64,000 bases of DNA from Deltaproteobacteria bacterium (GTDB taxonomy: Bacteria; Desulfobacterota; Desulfomonilia; UBA1062), in contig JAKPQL010000063.1 in NCBI GenBank assembly GCA_029547045.1, forward strand, positions 119,727 through 183,726. Reading direction: 5' to 3'. Under the pieces are notes generated by a model. That model saw only the letters and a list, made by a program, of their open reading frames with translations, ran no database searches and was not told where the DNA came from. Positions 10,504 to 19,082 of the stretch are shown piece by piece; positions within the stretch are counted from its first letter, which is position 1; every line of letters begins with the position of its first letter. Both the position numbers and the translations under genes were made by a program.

Positions 10504-11412
10504 ATGGCCGTGCAGCACCACCTGAGCCCCTCCCTGAGGGGCGTCATCGCCATCGTGCTCATGACCCTGAACACCGTGTTCTGGGCCGTCCCGGTCCATC
10601 TGCTCGCCCTGACCAAGGTGCTCGTCCGCGCAAAGGCCTGGCAGATCGCATGCGCACGCCTGCTCATGGACACGGTGACCTGCTGGATAGGGGGCATCCT
10701 GGCCGCGCTGAGGCTGACCCAGGACACGGTATATGATATCAGGGGAAGGGAGGGCCTGAGCACATCCCAGTGGTACTTCCTCAACTGCAACCACCAGTCC
10801 TGGGCCGACATCCTGGTCCTGCTCGTCACCTTCCACGGGTACATACCGTTCTTCAAGTTTTTCCTGAAGAAGCAGCTCCTCTGGGTACCCCTGCTGGGGA
10901 CCTCCTGGTGGGCCCTGGATTATCCCTTCATGGAACGATACTCCCGCGAATTCCTGGAAAGACATCCCCATCTGAAGGGCAGGGACCTGCAGACCACGAA
11001 GAAAGCCTGCGAGCGATACCGCCACACCCCGGTGTCCATCCTCAACTTCATCGAAGGCACCCGGTTCACTCGGGAAAAGCACGCGAAGCAGGGCTCGCCC
11101 TTCCGCCACCTCCTGAGGCCCAAGTCCGGCGGGTTCGCCTATGCCCTGGCCGCCATGGACGGCAGGATCAGGGAGATCATCGATGTCACCATCATCTACC
11201 CCCGTCAGAGTCCCACCTTCTGGGAATACCTGTGCGGACGCATCGAGAGGATCGCGGTGCGGGTGAGGAAGATGCAGGTGCCCGAGGCCTTCTTCGGCCG
11301 GGACTACGAGAACGACCAGGCATTCCGCGAGGAGTTCCAGGCATGGGTATGCGAGATCTGGGAGCAGAAGGACCGGCTCATCGAGGAGCACCTCTCGGCT
11401 TCCGGAGCTTGA
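10504..11412 (+). CDS. YihG-like acyltransferase, tandem paralogue
   Basis: Collinear with the previous gene: same NHQSWADI, FFKFFLKK, RYRHTPVSILNF and EGTRFT blocks. Confidence 0.8.
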   Translation: MAVQHHLSPSLRGVIAIVLMTLNTVFWAVPVHLLALTKVLVRAKAWQIACARLLMDTVTCWIGGILAALRLTQDTVYDIRGREGLSTSQWYFLNCNHQSWADILVLLVTFHGYIPFFKFFLKKQLLWVPLLGTSWWALDYPFMERYSREFLERHPHLKGRDLQTTKKACERYRHTPVSILNFIEGTRFTREKHAKQGSPFRHLLRPKSGGFAYALAAMDGRIREIIDVTIIYPRQSPTFWEYLCGRIERIAVRVRKMQVPEAFFGRDYENDQAFREEFQAWVCEIWEQKDRLIEEHLSASGA

Positions 11413-11473
11413 ACCCACCGCCCTTTCCCCGTATACTGACAGAACCATCGCATTCACTCGTAAGGAGGGACCC

Positions 11474-12688
11474 ATGCATCACACGCGACGAGGCGCACGG
11501 CTGTTCGCTTCCCAGGCATTCCACTACCAGGCCCTGCGCACCATGGGGCACCAGTCGGCCTTCGGGGCCGCCCCGGCCGAGTGCCTGGTGGCGATCCGGT
11601 CCATCCGGGACGAGAATGCCGAGAGCTGGTACACGGCATGGCACGATGTTGCCCAGCGATGCGAGAACCTCTCCGCGGCCGAAGGCGACGCCGCGGGCAG
11701 GGGCAGGGCCCTGCTCCGGGCATCGAACTACTACCGCACCGCGGAGTTCTTCCTGAGCCCCGCCGATGCGAGGCGCGTGTACACCTACCGCCGGAGCGCA
11801 GGCGCATTCCAGCGGGCCCTCCAGACCCTGAAGATCCCTCATAAGGCATGGAAGATCCCCTACGAGCGGGTATCCATGGGTGCGTACTACTTCCCGGGAG
11901 ACGACGACAAGCCGGTCATCATCGCCTGCGGCGGGTATGACTCCACCCTCGAGGAGTCCTTCTTCTGGATCGGCCAGGCGGCCCGTGAGCGCGGATTCCC
12001 CTGCATCATGTTCGAGGGGCCCGGCCAGTCCTCCATGATCCGAGAGTACGGGGTGAAATTCACCCACGAGTGGGAGAAACCCCTGAAGGTTCTCCTGGAC
12101 TATGCCCTGTGGGAGGCCCCTGAGCTGAACGGGCACATGAAAGTGCTGCTCGGCATCAGCATGGGCGCCATGCTGGCGCTGCGGGCAGCGGCCTTCGAGA
12201 ACCGCATCGACGCGGTGGCGGCCTACGGGGGGTTCTTCTCCATGCACGAGGCGGCCCTGGCCCAGATCCCCCTGGCGGGGAGGCTCCTCTGGAAGCTCGG
12301 GCTGAAGAACCTTTTCGACCGGTTTGCACGCATCAAGGCCGGCCGTGACATAGGCAGGCGCTGGGCCCTGGACAACGGGTGCTGGACCCTGGGCTCCCCC
12401 TCCCCCTTCGAGCTCCTGGGGCAAACCAGGGCCTACACCGTGGAGCCCGTGGCGGACCGGATCACCTGCCACGTGCTGGCCGTGCACGGTGAGGCGGACC
12501 ACCTCATCCCGAAATCCGAACAGACCCGGTTCCAGAAGCGCCTCACCAGGGCCCGGTCGTTCGCGGTGCATGTCTTCCGGAAGGCGGACGGCGCGGGCGA
12601 GCACTGCCAGGCAGGGGCTGTGGAACGCTTCCACCAGGTCTTCTTCGGGTGGATCGAGGGGCTGCAGAAACCCTCGACCATGCCCTGA
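11474..12688 (+). CDS. alpha/beta-fold hydrolase (FrsA/DUF1100-like)
   Basis: GISMG nucleophile elbow, HGEADHLIP C-terminal His, 404 aa. Confidence 0.7.
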   Translation: MHHTRRGARLFASQAFHYQALRTMGHQSAFGAAPAECLVAIRSIRDENAESWYTAWHDVAQRCENLSAAEGDAAGRGRALLRASNYYRTAEFFLSPADARRVYTYRRSAGAFQRALQTLKIPHKAWKIPYERVSMGAYYFPGDDDKPVIIACGGYDSTLEESFFWIGQAARERGFPCIMFEGPGQSSMIREYGVKFTHEWEKPLKVLLDYALWEAPELNGHMKVLLGISMGAMLALRAAAFENRIDAVAAYGGFFSMHEAALAQIPLAGRLLWKLGLKNLFDRFARIKAGRDIGRRWALDNGCWTLGSPSPFELLGQTRAYTVEPVADRITCHVLAVHGEADHLIPKSEQTRFQKRLTRARSFAVHVFRKADGAGEHCQAGAVERFHQVFFGWIEGLQKPSTMP

Positions 12689-12704
12689 TGACCAGGGTGG
12701 GGGG

Positions 12705-13448
12705 CTATGCGCTGCCGTAGAGTTCCAGGTTGCGGCCGATGACGGACCTGACCCGCTCGTTGAGGAGGTCGCGGTCCTGTTCGCCGTAGCCGTCTGTCTC
12801 GATGGGCTCGCCCACGATGATGCGCATGATGCCCGCCTTTATCCGCAGGGCGTTCTTGGGCAGAAGCGTGTGGCTGTTCAGGATGGTGACGGGCACGATG
12901 GGGAGCCCGGCCTTGAGCGCGAGCATGACCCCGCCCTTCTTGAACCGCTGGAGCCTCCCGTCGATGCTCCTGGTCCCCTCGGCGAAGAAGCATGCGCTGA
13001 TGCCGCCCTTCAGTTCGGCAATGGCCCCCTCGAGGATCTGACGGGCACCCTTCGAATCGTCCCGGTCGATGAGGATCATCCGGGCCAGCCGCACCGCCCA
13101 CCCGAACAGGGGAACCTGTGCCAGTGACCTCTTTCCCACGAAGCGCAGCTGGTTCTTCAGCGCCAGGGCAACTGCCGGCGGGTCGAGGTTGCTCGCGTGG
13201 TTGGCGATGAACACATACGACCTGTTGTACAGGACCCTCTCCAGGCCCTCCACCTGCATCCTCACCCGGTTCGTCTTCATGAGGAGCCATGCCCAGGTCC
13301 GGCCGAGCCGGTAGGTGGCCCTCCCCTGGGGGCTGAAGGGGGCGACGAGGATGAGGGGGATGCAGATGACAATGGTGTACACGACGGTGGTGAGTACGGT
13401 CCAGGTTGCCTTGATCATAGCTGTGAGCATGGAGTGCCTATACACCAT
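12705..13448 (-). CDS. plsC: 1-acyl-sn-glycerol-3-phosphate acyltransferase
   Basis: NHASNLD (HX4D), FAEGTRS and an N-terminal TM. Convergent with the acyltransferase/hydrolase run. Confidence 0.85.
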   Translation of the reverse strand: MVYRHSMLTAMIKATWTVLTTVVYTIVICIPLILVAPFSPQGRATYRLGRTWAWLLMKTNRVRMQVEGLERVLYNRSYVFIANHASNLDPPAVALALKNQLRFVGKRSLAQVPLFGWAVRLARMILIDRDDSKGARQILEGAIAELKGGISACFFAEGTRSIDGRLQRFKKGGVMLALKAGLPIVPVTILNSHTLLPKNALRIKAGIMRIIVGEPIETDGYGEQDRDLLNERVRSVIGRNLELYGSA

Positions 13449-13521
13449 TCATCGGTCGCCCACCAATTACTCACGGGTAAAACTTGTGCAAATGTTTCTC
13501 AGGCCTCTGTCCACCTTCTTC

Positions 13522-13550
13522 TTGACAGGGCAAAGCCCAAGCCTGTATCA
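13522..13550 (+). promoter_or_regulatory. candidate sigma-70 promoter for the ndk-like gene (TTGACA, 17 nt, TATCAA)
   Basis: -35 TTGACA at 13522-13527 and -10 TATCAA at 13545-13550. RBS AAGGAGG at 13578-13584. Confidence 0.35.
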
Positions 13551-13590
13551 ACGCTTCAGACCATGTGCCCGGTGCGGCAAGGAGGCAGTC

Positions 13591-14331
13591 ATGTCAAAGG
13601 AAACCCGTGAAAACACGCTGGTGCTCATCAAGCCGGACGCGCTGAAGAATTCGCTCACCGGCTACATCCTCTCCATGCTCTCCGAGTTCCACACCGGCCT
13701 GCACTTCGCCGGAACCAAGATCGTCGCGGTGAGCACGCTGCTGGCCGAGGAGCACTACGACGAACACCGGGGAAAGTTCTTCTATGCGTCGCTCCTGGAG
13801 TACATCACCGGCCGGCTCCACTACCCGGAAGAACCCTGGAAGCGCAGGGTCATCGCCTTCGTGTACCAGGGCCCGAACGCCATCAGGAAGATCCGCGACA
13901 TCGCCGGCCCCACCAATGCCCACGACGCACGGGTGCAGAAGCCGGGATGCATCCGGGCTCTGGGAACCGTGGTGCCGGTGAAGGACGAATCCGGCAAGGC
14001 CGTGGGTGACCGCGTGGACAACCTGATCCATGCATCCGCCAATGCCGCCGACGCGGAGCGGGAAATCAAGCTGTGGTTCAAGCCCACCGACATCCCGCCC
14101 TTCATGCGCGACTACGCCACCGAGGTGTGCGACCAGCTCTTCTACTACCGCGGCAACACCATCTCCACGAGCTACGTACCGGGAGGCATCGGAATCCTGG
14201 CCCCTGGGGACCTGGCGTGGAAATCCGATCTCGAAGCCCTGCGCGCCCACCTGAAGGGAGAGAAGGCCCTGTGCTCGGTGAACGCGGTGGCTGCCAAGTA
14301 CCTCATCAACATGGAATCCGAGACGGACTGA
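13591..14331 (+). CDS. ndk: nucleoside-diphosphate kinase-like protein with internal insertions and a ~55-aa C-terminal extension
   Basis: TLVLIKPDA, AEEHYDEHRGKFFYASLLEYITG and NLIHASANAADAEREIKLWF align to the Ndk core including the catalytic His. Total 246 aa against about 140 for canonical Ndk. Confidence 0.7.
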   Translation: MSKETRENTLVLIKPDALKNSLTGYILSMLSEFHTGLHFAGTKIVAVSTLLAEEHYDEHRGKFFYASLLEYITGRLHYPEEPWKRRVIAFVYQGPNAIRKIRDIAGPTNAHDARVQKPGCIRALGTVVPVKDESGKAVGDRVDNLIHASANAADAEREIKLWFKPTDIPPFMRDYATEVCDQLFYYRGNTISTSYVPGGIGILAPGDLAWKSDLEALRAHLKGEKALCSVNAVAAKYLINMESETD

Positions 14332-14354
14332 GGATAACGCGGGGAGAAATCGAC

Positions 14355-14474
14355 ATGGCCGGCCAGAAGGACACCCGCCGTCAGAAGGACATGTCCCGCC
14401 TCATCAAGGAGCGCAGCAGGGTCGCCAAGGACAAGGCCCGGCGTGGCAAAGGCAGGGCCCGTCCCGGCAGGTAG
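14355..14474 (+). CDS. possible 39-aa highly basic small protein
   Basis: ATG 7 nt after GGGGAG gives MAGQKDTRRQKDMSRLIKERSRVAKDKARRGKGRARPGR. GC3 is high. No homology recognised. Confidence 0.2.
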   Translation: MAGQKDTRRQKDMSRLIKERSRVAKDKARRGKGRARPGR

Positions 14475-14497
14475 TGTCCCTATCCTGCCGACAGGGA

Positions 14498-15049
14498 TCA
14501 GAACCGGTAGTACATGCTCAACCAGTACATGCTCGACTCGTCGAGCTCGTCCACGTCGATGAACTCGTACTCGGCCCGGATGCCGAGCTTCCAGACGCGG
14601 GCACCGATGCCCGCCCCGTACAGGAAGGCGTTCCCATCGAAGTCCCTGTCCAGTCCTGCCACCGAGGTGTCCAGAGTGTATCCCATCCCTCCCGCCTTCA
14701 GGAAGAGGTCCACGGGACCGATGGGGAAGATCGCCAGGGCGGCAATGTCGTACCCGGTGAGGCTGACGTCGATATCCTGTCCGGCCATGGTGGTGCCGGG
14801 GTCGCCGAGGTCACGGTACCCCGCCTCCACGGCGAGGTCAAAGACCGGCAGCAGGGTGAGCCGGTGGCCGAGGAAGCCCCTGAATGCCGTGTCGTCCTCA
14901 TCGAAATCGCCCGGGGCGAAGTCGTTCTCCAGCGTCGCCCGGCCGACGCTGCCGCCGAGATAGGACTCCCCCACCAGGGCCTGGGCCTGACTGCCCAGGA
15001 ACAGGGAACCGAACAATGCGACAACGAACAGCAGGTTTCTGTGCCTCAT
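14498..15049 (-). CDS. outer-membrane beta-barrel protein (OmpA-N/OmpW-like, 8-strand class)
   Basis: Signal peptide MRHRNLLFVVALFGSLFLGSQAQA, alternating amphipathic strands, C-terminal ...YYRF with terminal Phe. The track ORF starts earlier, but the signal peptide begins at 15049. Confidence 0.65.
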   Translation of the reverse strand: MRHRNLLFVVALFGSLFLGSQAQALVGESYLGGSVGRATLENDFAPGDFDEDDTAFRGFLGHRLTLLPVFDLAVEAGYRDLGDPGTTMAGQDIDVSLTGYDIAALAIFPIGPVDLFLKAGGMGYTLDTSVAGLDRDFDGNAFLYGAGIGARVWKLGIRAEYEFIDVDELDESSMYWLSMYYRF

Positions 15050-15178
15050 GGCAGTGCTCCTTTCGCATGAGTACCGTCGCAACAGACCGGTGTGGGCATG
15101 GGCGAACCACATCACAGGCCCGGATTCTATCACCGCGCCATGACAACCGCAACCGCTTGTGATACTCATTGTGCACAA

Positions 15179-17002
15179 ATGGACGAGCGCATGCACGATA
15201 CCCCCCTGACCACGCTGAAGACCGTGTTCGGCTACGATGCGTTCCGGCCTCTCCAGCAGGAGATCATCGAGGGTCTCGTCCGGGGGGAGGACGCCTTTGT
15301 CCTCATGCCCACGGGCGGCGGCAAATCGCTGTGCTACCAGATCCCTGCACTGCACCGCCATGGCGTGGCCGTGGTGGTATCACCCCTGATCTCGCTCATG
15401 AAGGACCAGGTGGACGCGCTGAAGGCCTGCGGGGTGCGGGCTGCGTTCTACAACTCCTCGCTGCAGTCCTTTGACGCGAAGAGGGTCCTGGCCAGGCTCC
15501 ACGCCGGAGAGCTCGACCTGCTCTACATCGCGCCGGAGCGGCTCATGAGCGATGAGTTCATGGCACGTCTCAAGGACATCCCCATTGCCCTGTTCGCCAT
15601 CGACGAGGCGCACTGCATCTCCCAGTGGGGCCACGACTTCAGACCAGAGTACCTCAAGCTGGGCAGGCTCCGCCGGGAGTTCCCGGGCATCCCGATGATC
15701 GCGCTCACGGCCACCGCGGAGCCGCACACCAGACGAGACATCCTGGAGCGCCTTGGCCTGCAGAAGGCATCGTGCCATGTCCTGGGCTTCGACCGGCCCA
15801 ACATCCGCTACACCGTGATGGAGAAGAACAAGCCCTCTGCCCAGCTCACCGCATACCTGGGCTCCCGGCCCGACGGCGCCGCCATCGTGTACTGCCTGAG
15901 CCGGCAGAGGGTGGAGAAGGTCTCCGCCCTGCTCCGTGCATCCGGGTTCCATGCAGCCCCCTACCACGCAGGGCTCGGCGCATCTGTACGAAAAATGACC
16001 CAGGAGGCCTTCATCCGTGACGACGTCCGCGTCATCGTCGCCACCGTTGCCTTCGGCATGGGTATCGACAAGCCCGATATCCGCACGGTGGTACACTACG
16101 ACATCCCCAAGAACATCGAGAGCTACTACCAGGAGACCGGCCGCGCCGGAAGGGACGGCCTGGCAGCCGAGGCCCTCCTGCTCTTCAGCTACGGCGACAT
16201 CGCCATCGCGCGGGGACTCATCGAGAAGACGAGCGACCCCGAGCAGAGGCGCATCGAGATCCACAAGCTCGGCGCCATGGTGGGGTTCGCAGAGGCCCTG
16301 AGCTGCCGTCGCAGGATCCTCCTGGGATATTTCGGAGAACGGCTGGAGAGGGACTGCGGCAACTGCGACATCTGCCTGAACCCGCCCGAGCTCCACGACG
16401 CGACGCAGAACGCCCGCAAGGCGCTTTCCTGCGTGTACCGCCTGAACCAGCGCTTCGGCATGGCACACGTCATCGACGTGCTGAGGGGCTCGCGCAAGGA
16501 GCGGGTGCTCCGGCTCGGCCACGACCGGCTCTCCACCTACGGCATCGGCGCGGACAGAGGCCAGGAGTACTGGTCAGGCCTGCTGCGCCACCTCGTCCAC
16601 CACGGGTATCTGCAACAGGACGTGGGCGACTATTCCGTCCTCAAGCTCACCGCCGAGGCAGGGCCCCTGCTGCGGGGGGAGAAGACCCTCTTCATGGCTG
16701 AGCCGAGACTCAAGCCCACCCCTGCCCCGAAACCGAAAACCGCGAGGAGCAAGACCGTGGACACGGAGCTCGACCGCAGCCTCTTCGAGCGGCTGCGCGT
16801 GCTCCGCAAGCGCCTGGCCGACGAGGAGTCGGTGCCGCCCTTTGTCATCTTCAGCGATGCCAGCCTCGCCCAGATGGCAGCAGCACTGCCCGCCACCCTC
16901 GAGGATCTCCGCAGCATCCACGGGGTGGGCGACTACAAGCTCGGGCGTTACGGGCAGGCCTTCCTGGAGGAGATACAGCGGTACGCCTCGGGCCGGGAAT
17001 GA
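15179..17002 (+). CDS. recQ: ATP-dependent DNA helicase RecQ
   Basis: FGYDAFRPLQQEII, the Walker A motif PTGGGKSLCYQ, DEAH (here DEAHCISQWGHDFRP), the RQC Zn-finger cysteines and a C-terminal HRDC domain. Confidence 0.9.
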   Translation: MDERMHDTPLTTLKTVFGYDAFRPLQQEIIEGLVRGEDAFVLMPTGGGKSLCYQIPALHRHGVAVVVSPLISLMKDQVDALKACGVRAAFYNSSLQSFDAKRVLARLHAGELDLLYIAPERLMSDEFMARLKDIPIALFAIDEAHCISQWGHDFRPEYLKLGRLRREFPGIPMIALTATAEPHTRRDILERLGLQKASCHVLGFDRPNIRYTVMEKNKPSAQLTAYLGSRPDGAAIVYCLSRQRVEKVSALLRASGFHAAPYHAGLGASVRKMTQEAFIRDDVRVIVATVAFGMGIDKPDIRTVVHYDIPKNIESYYQETGRAGRDGLAAEALLLFSYGDIAIARGLIEKTSDPEQRRIEIHKLGAMVGFAEALSCRRRILLGYFGERLERDCGNCDICLNPPELHDATQNARKALSCVYRLNQRFGMAHVIDVLRGSRKERVLRLGHDRLSTYGIGADRGQEYWSGLLRHLVHHGYLQQDVGDYSVLKLTAEAGPLLRGEKTLFMAEPRLKPTPAPKPKTARSKTVDTELDRSLFERLRVLRKRLADEESVPPFVIFSDASLAQMAAALPATLEDLRSIHGVGDYKLGRYGQAFLEEIQRYASGRE

Positions 17003-17023
17003 TCGAACCATCCATGCATGAGG

Positions 17024-18055
17024 TCATCCCGCAGAACCCCTGCCCCGTGTGCTCATGACCAGGGCGAAGGCGATGGTGCCGTAGGCCACAAAGGTGCGGA
17101 AGTATTCGCCCAGGGCAGCGTTCGAGAAGATGTTCTGCCCCGCCTGGGGGGACACGATGAACAGGGAGTGGAAGAGCAGCACACCCAGCAGGGCGTGCCC
17201 CACATGGGCCCGCAATATGCTGGCGCCACCTGCCAGCAGGGCAGCGCAGGCGAAGATGTCCGTGTTCATGTGGGCCGTGTACACGTTGAGCATGCCGATG
17301 TTCTGGGTGAAAATGATGTGGCCCAGGCAGGCGAGCACAGTGGAGAGCACGATGGCCTTTATCCGTACGGCCCGGGTGTCGATGCCCAGCATCTCGGCCT
17401 TCTCCACCCCCTCTCCCACGGCCTTGAACTGCTGGCCGAGACGGGTGTGCAGGAGATACGTGATGAGGCCTGCAGCGCCCAGAACCATGAGGATCATGAA
17501 GAGCGGGATCTCGAGGGGACCGGCCTGGATAACCCATATAGTGTCGATAATGTTCCTAAACGGCGCCAGGTCCAGCATGTTCCGGATGCCGATGCCCCGG
17601 GAGAGCATCATCTCCTGGTTGGCAGGCCTGATGACGGTGCCATAGCCCACCATAAAGACGAGCTGGTAGATGCCCGTGGCCAGAAAGCCGATGATCATGG
17701 TGGTGATCATCTCCTTTCCCCTGACCCGGTTGAGCATAACCCCGATGAGGAAACCAGACACCACGGAAAGCCCCAGGCCCATGGCCGTAATGGCGAACAG
17801 GCCCGCTGCGCCCTGCAGGCCCCAGTCAACTGCCAGGACGATGCCCACCTGCGCGGCGAGCGCGCCCACTGTGACGGCGAAGTTCAGGCCCATGCCCGCG
17901 GTGACCGGGATGACCAGCGCCAGCACCATGACCCCGTCCCTGATGAAGCGGGTGATGACCTCGCTGGCCACAAAGGATGGCGACAGGCCTGAAAAGTACA
18001 GAGCCAGCGCCGAGAGAACGATGAAGACCGCGGGCACCGCGTTAGCCCTGTACAC
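17024..18055 (-). CDS. ABC transporter permease (sugar/nucleoside CUT2-type)
   Basis: About 10 TM. Overlaps the upstream permease by 14 nt. Confidence 0.85.
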   Translation of the reverse strand: MYRANAVPAVFIVLSALALYFSGLSPSFVASEVITRFIRDGVMVLALVIPVTAGMGLNFAVTVGALAAQVGIVLAVDWGLQGAAGLFAITAMGLGLSVVSGFLIGVMLNRVRGKEMITTMIIGFLATGIYQLVFMVGYGTVIRPANQEMMLSRGIGIRNMLDLAPFRNIIDTIWVIQAGPLEIPLFMILMVLGAAGLITYLLHTRLGQQFKAVGEGVEKAEMLGIDTRAVRIKAIVLSTVLACLGHIIFTQNIGMLNVYTAHMNTDIFACAALLAGGASILRAHVGHALLGVLLFHSLFIVSPQAGQNIFSNAALGEYFRTFVAYGTIAFALVMSTRGRGSAG

Positions 18056-19082
18056 GCCGCCTCCTTCCCCCCTCGTAGAGCATGGCGTAGAGGATTACTC
18101 CGTTGGTGAGGATCATGCGGAAGATCTCGGCCACCTCGGGCACCAGCAGGGCGTTCGCGATGGGTCCGGAGATCACGTAGGTGGTCTGGAACAGGAAGGT
18201 TCCGATGACTGCCTGGATCACCGCGGTCCTGTGTCCCAGGCTGCCACCCAGGAAGATTGCCGATGCGGCGGGAAAGGCCATCATGAGTGGCGCCGAATAC
18301 AGCTCGAGGAAACCGTAGCTCTGGGCGTACACGCATATGCCCCATGCTGCGAGCACAGTGGAGAGGATGACCGCCAGTGTTCTGATTGCCTTTACATCCA
18401 CCCCTGACAGACCAGCGAAGACCTCGTTCTCTCCGGTGGCCACCATGGCGGTTCCGGCCCTGGTATGGAAAAAGAGGTGCAGCAGCACAGCCAGGCAGGC
18501 GAAGAAAACGAGCATGCCGAAAGGAACGGTGAGATCCCCCAGTCTGAACGACCATGAATGGTTCAGCACCTTGGCGAAGTACCCCTGGAGACCGATGACC
18601 GGCCGCAGGCCCTGCCCGCCGATGGGCCAGAGCATGGTAGGGTTCGTGAAGGGCGCCACGGCCCAGAAGAAGTTCATGATGGAAATGAAGGAGAAGCCCA
18701 CAAAGGTGCCGGCGATCTCCTCCCTGCCCTTCACCCGGTTCAGGAGTCTCCCATAGAGGTAGCCAAGCACAGCCCCTATAGGAATTGAAATGAGCATGGC
18801 CCCGAAGAGACCTGCCAGACCGGTCAGGCGGAAATTCACGGCGAGGCACATGCCCAGGAGGCCGGCGCAGATCCCCACGGGCAGACCAAAGTTCACCCCG
18901 AGGCCCGCATTCAGCATGGGGATCATGGACATGACTAGGACACCGTTCATCACGAGCCTCACCAGCGCATCGCCCATGATGCCTCCCAGGGGTATCCCGG
19001 CATGAAAGGCACCAGCCAGGAGGACCACGAGCATGACGAGGATGAAGACCTGGGGGATCTGCAGGTGCAGGCGCGATCTCAC
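18042..19082 (-). CDS. ABC transporter permease
   Basis: About 10 TM. Its start overlaps the ATPase stop by 4 nt. Confidence 0.85.
   Translation of the reverse strand: MRSRLHLQIPQVFILVMLVVLLAGAFHAGIPLGGIMGDALVRLVMNGVLVMSMIPMLNAGLGVNFGLPVGICAGLLGMCLAVNFRLTGLAGLFGAMLISIPIGAVLGYLYGRLLNRVKGREEIAGTFVGFSFISIMNFFWAVAPFTNPTMLWPIGGQGLRPVIGLQGYFAKVLNHSWSFRLGDLTVPFGMLVFFACLAVLLHLFFHTRAGTAMVATGENEVFAGLSGVDVKAIRTLAVILSTVLAAWGICVYAQSYGFLELYSAPLMMAFPAASAIFLGGSLGHRTAVIQAVIGTFLFQTTYVISGPIANALLVPEVAEIFRMILTNGVILYAMLYEGGRRRRVQG

Noticed and set aside
15380-16522. 380-aa minus-strand ORF inside recQ
   Set aside because: Antisense to a gene with all RecQ helicase motifs.
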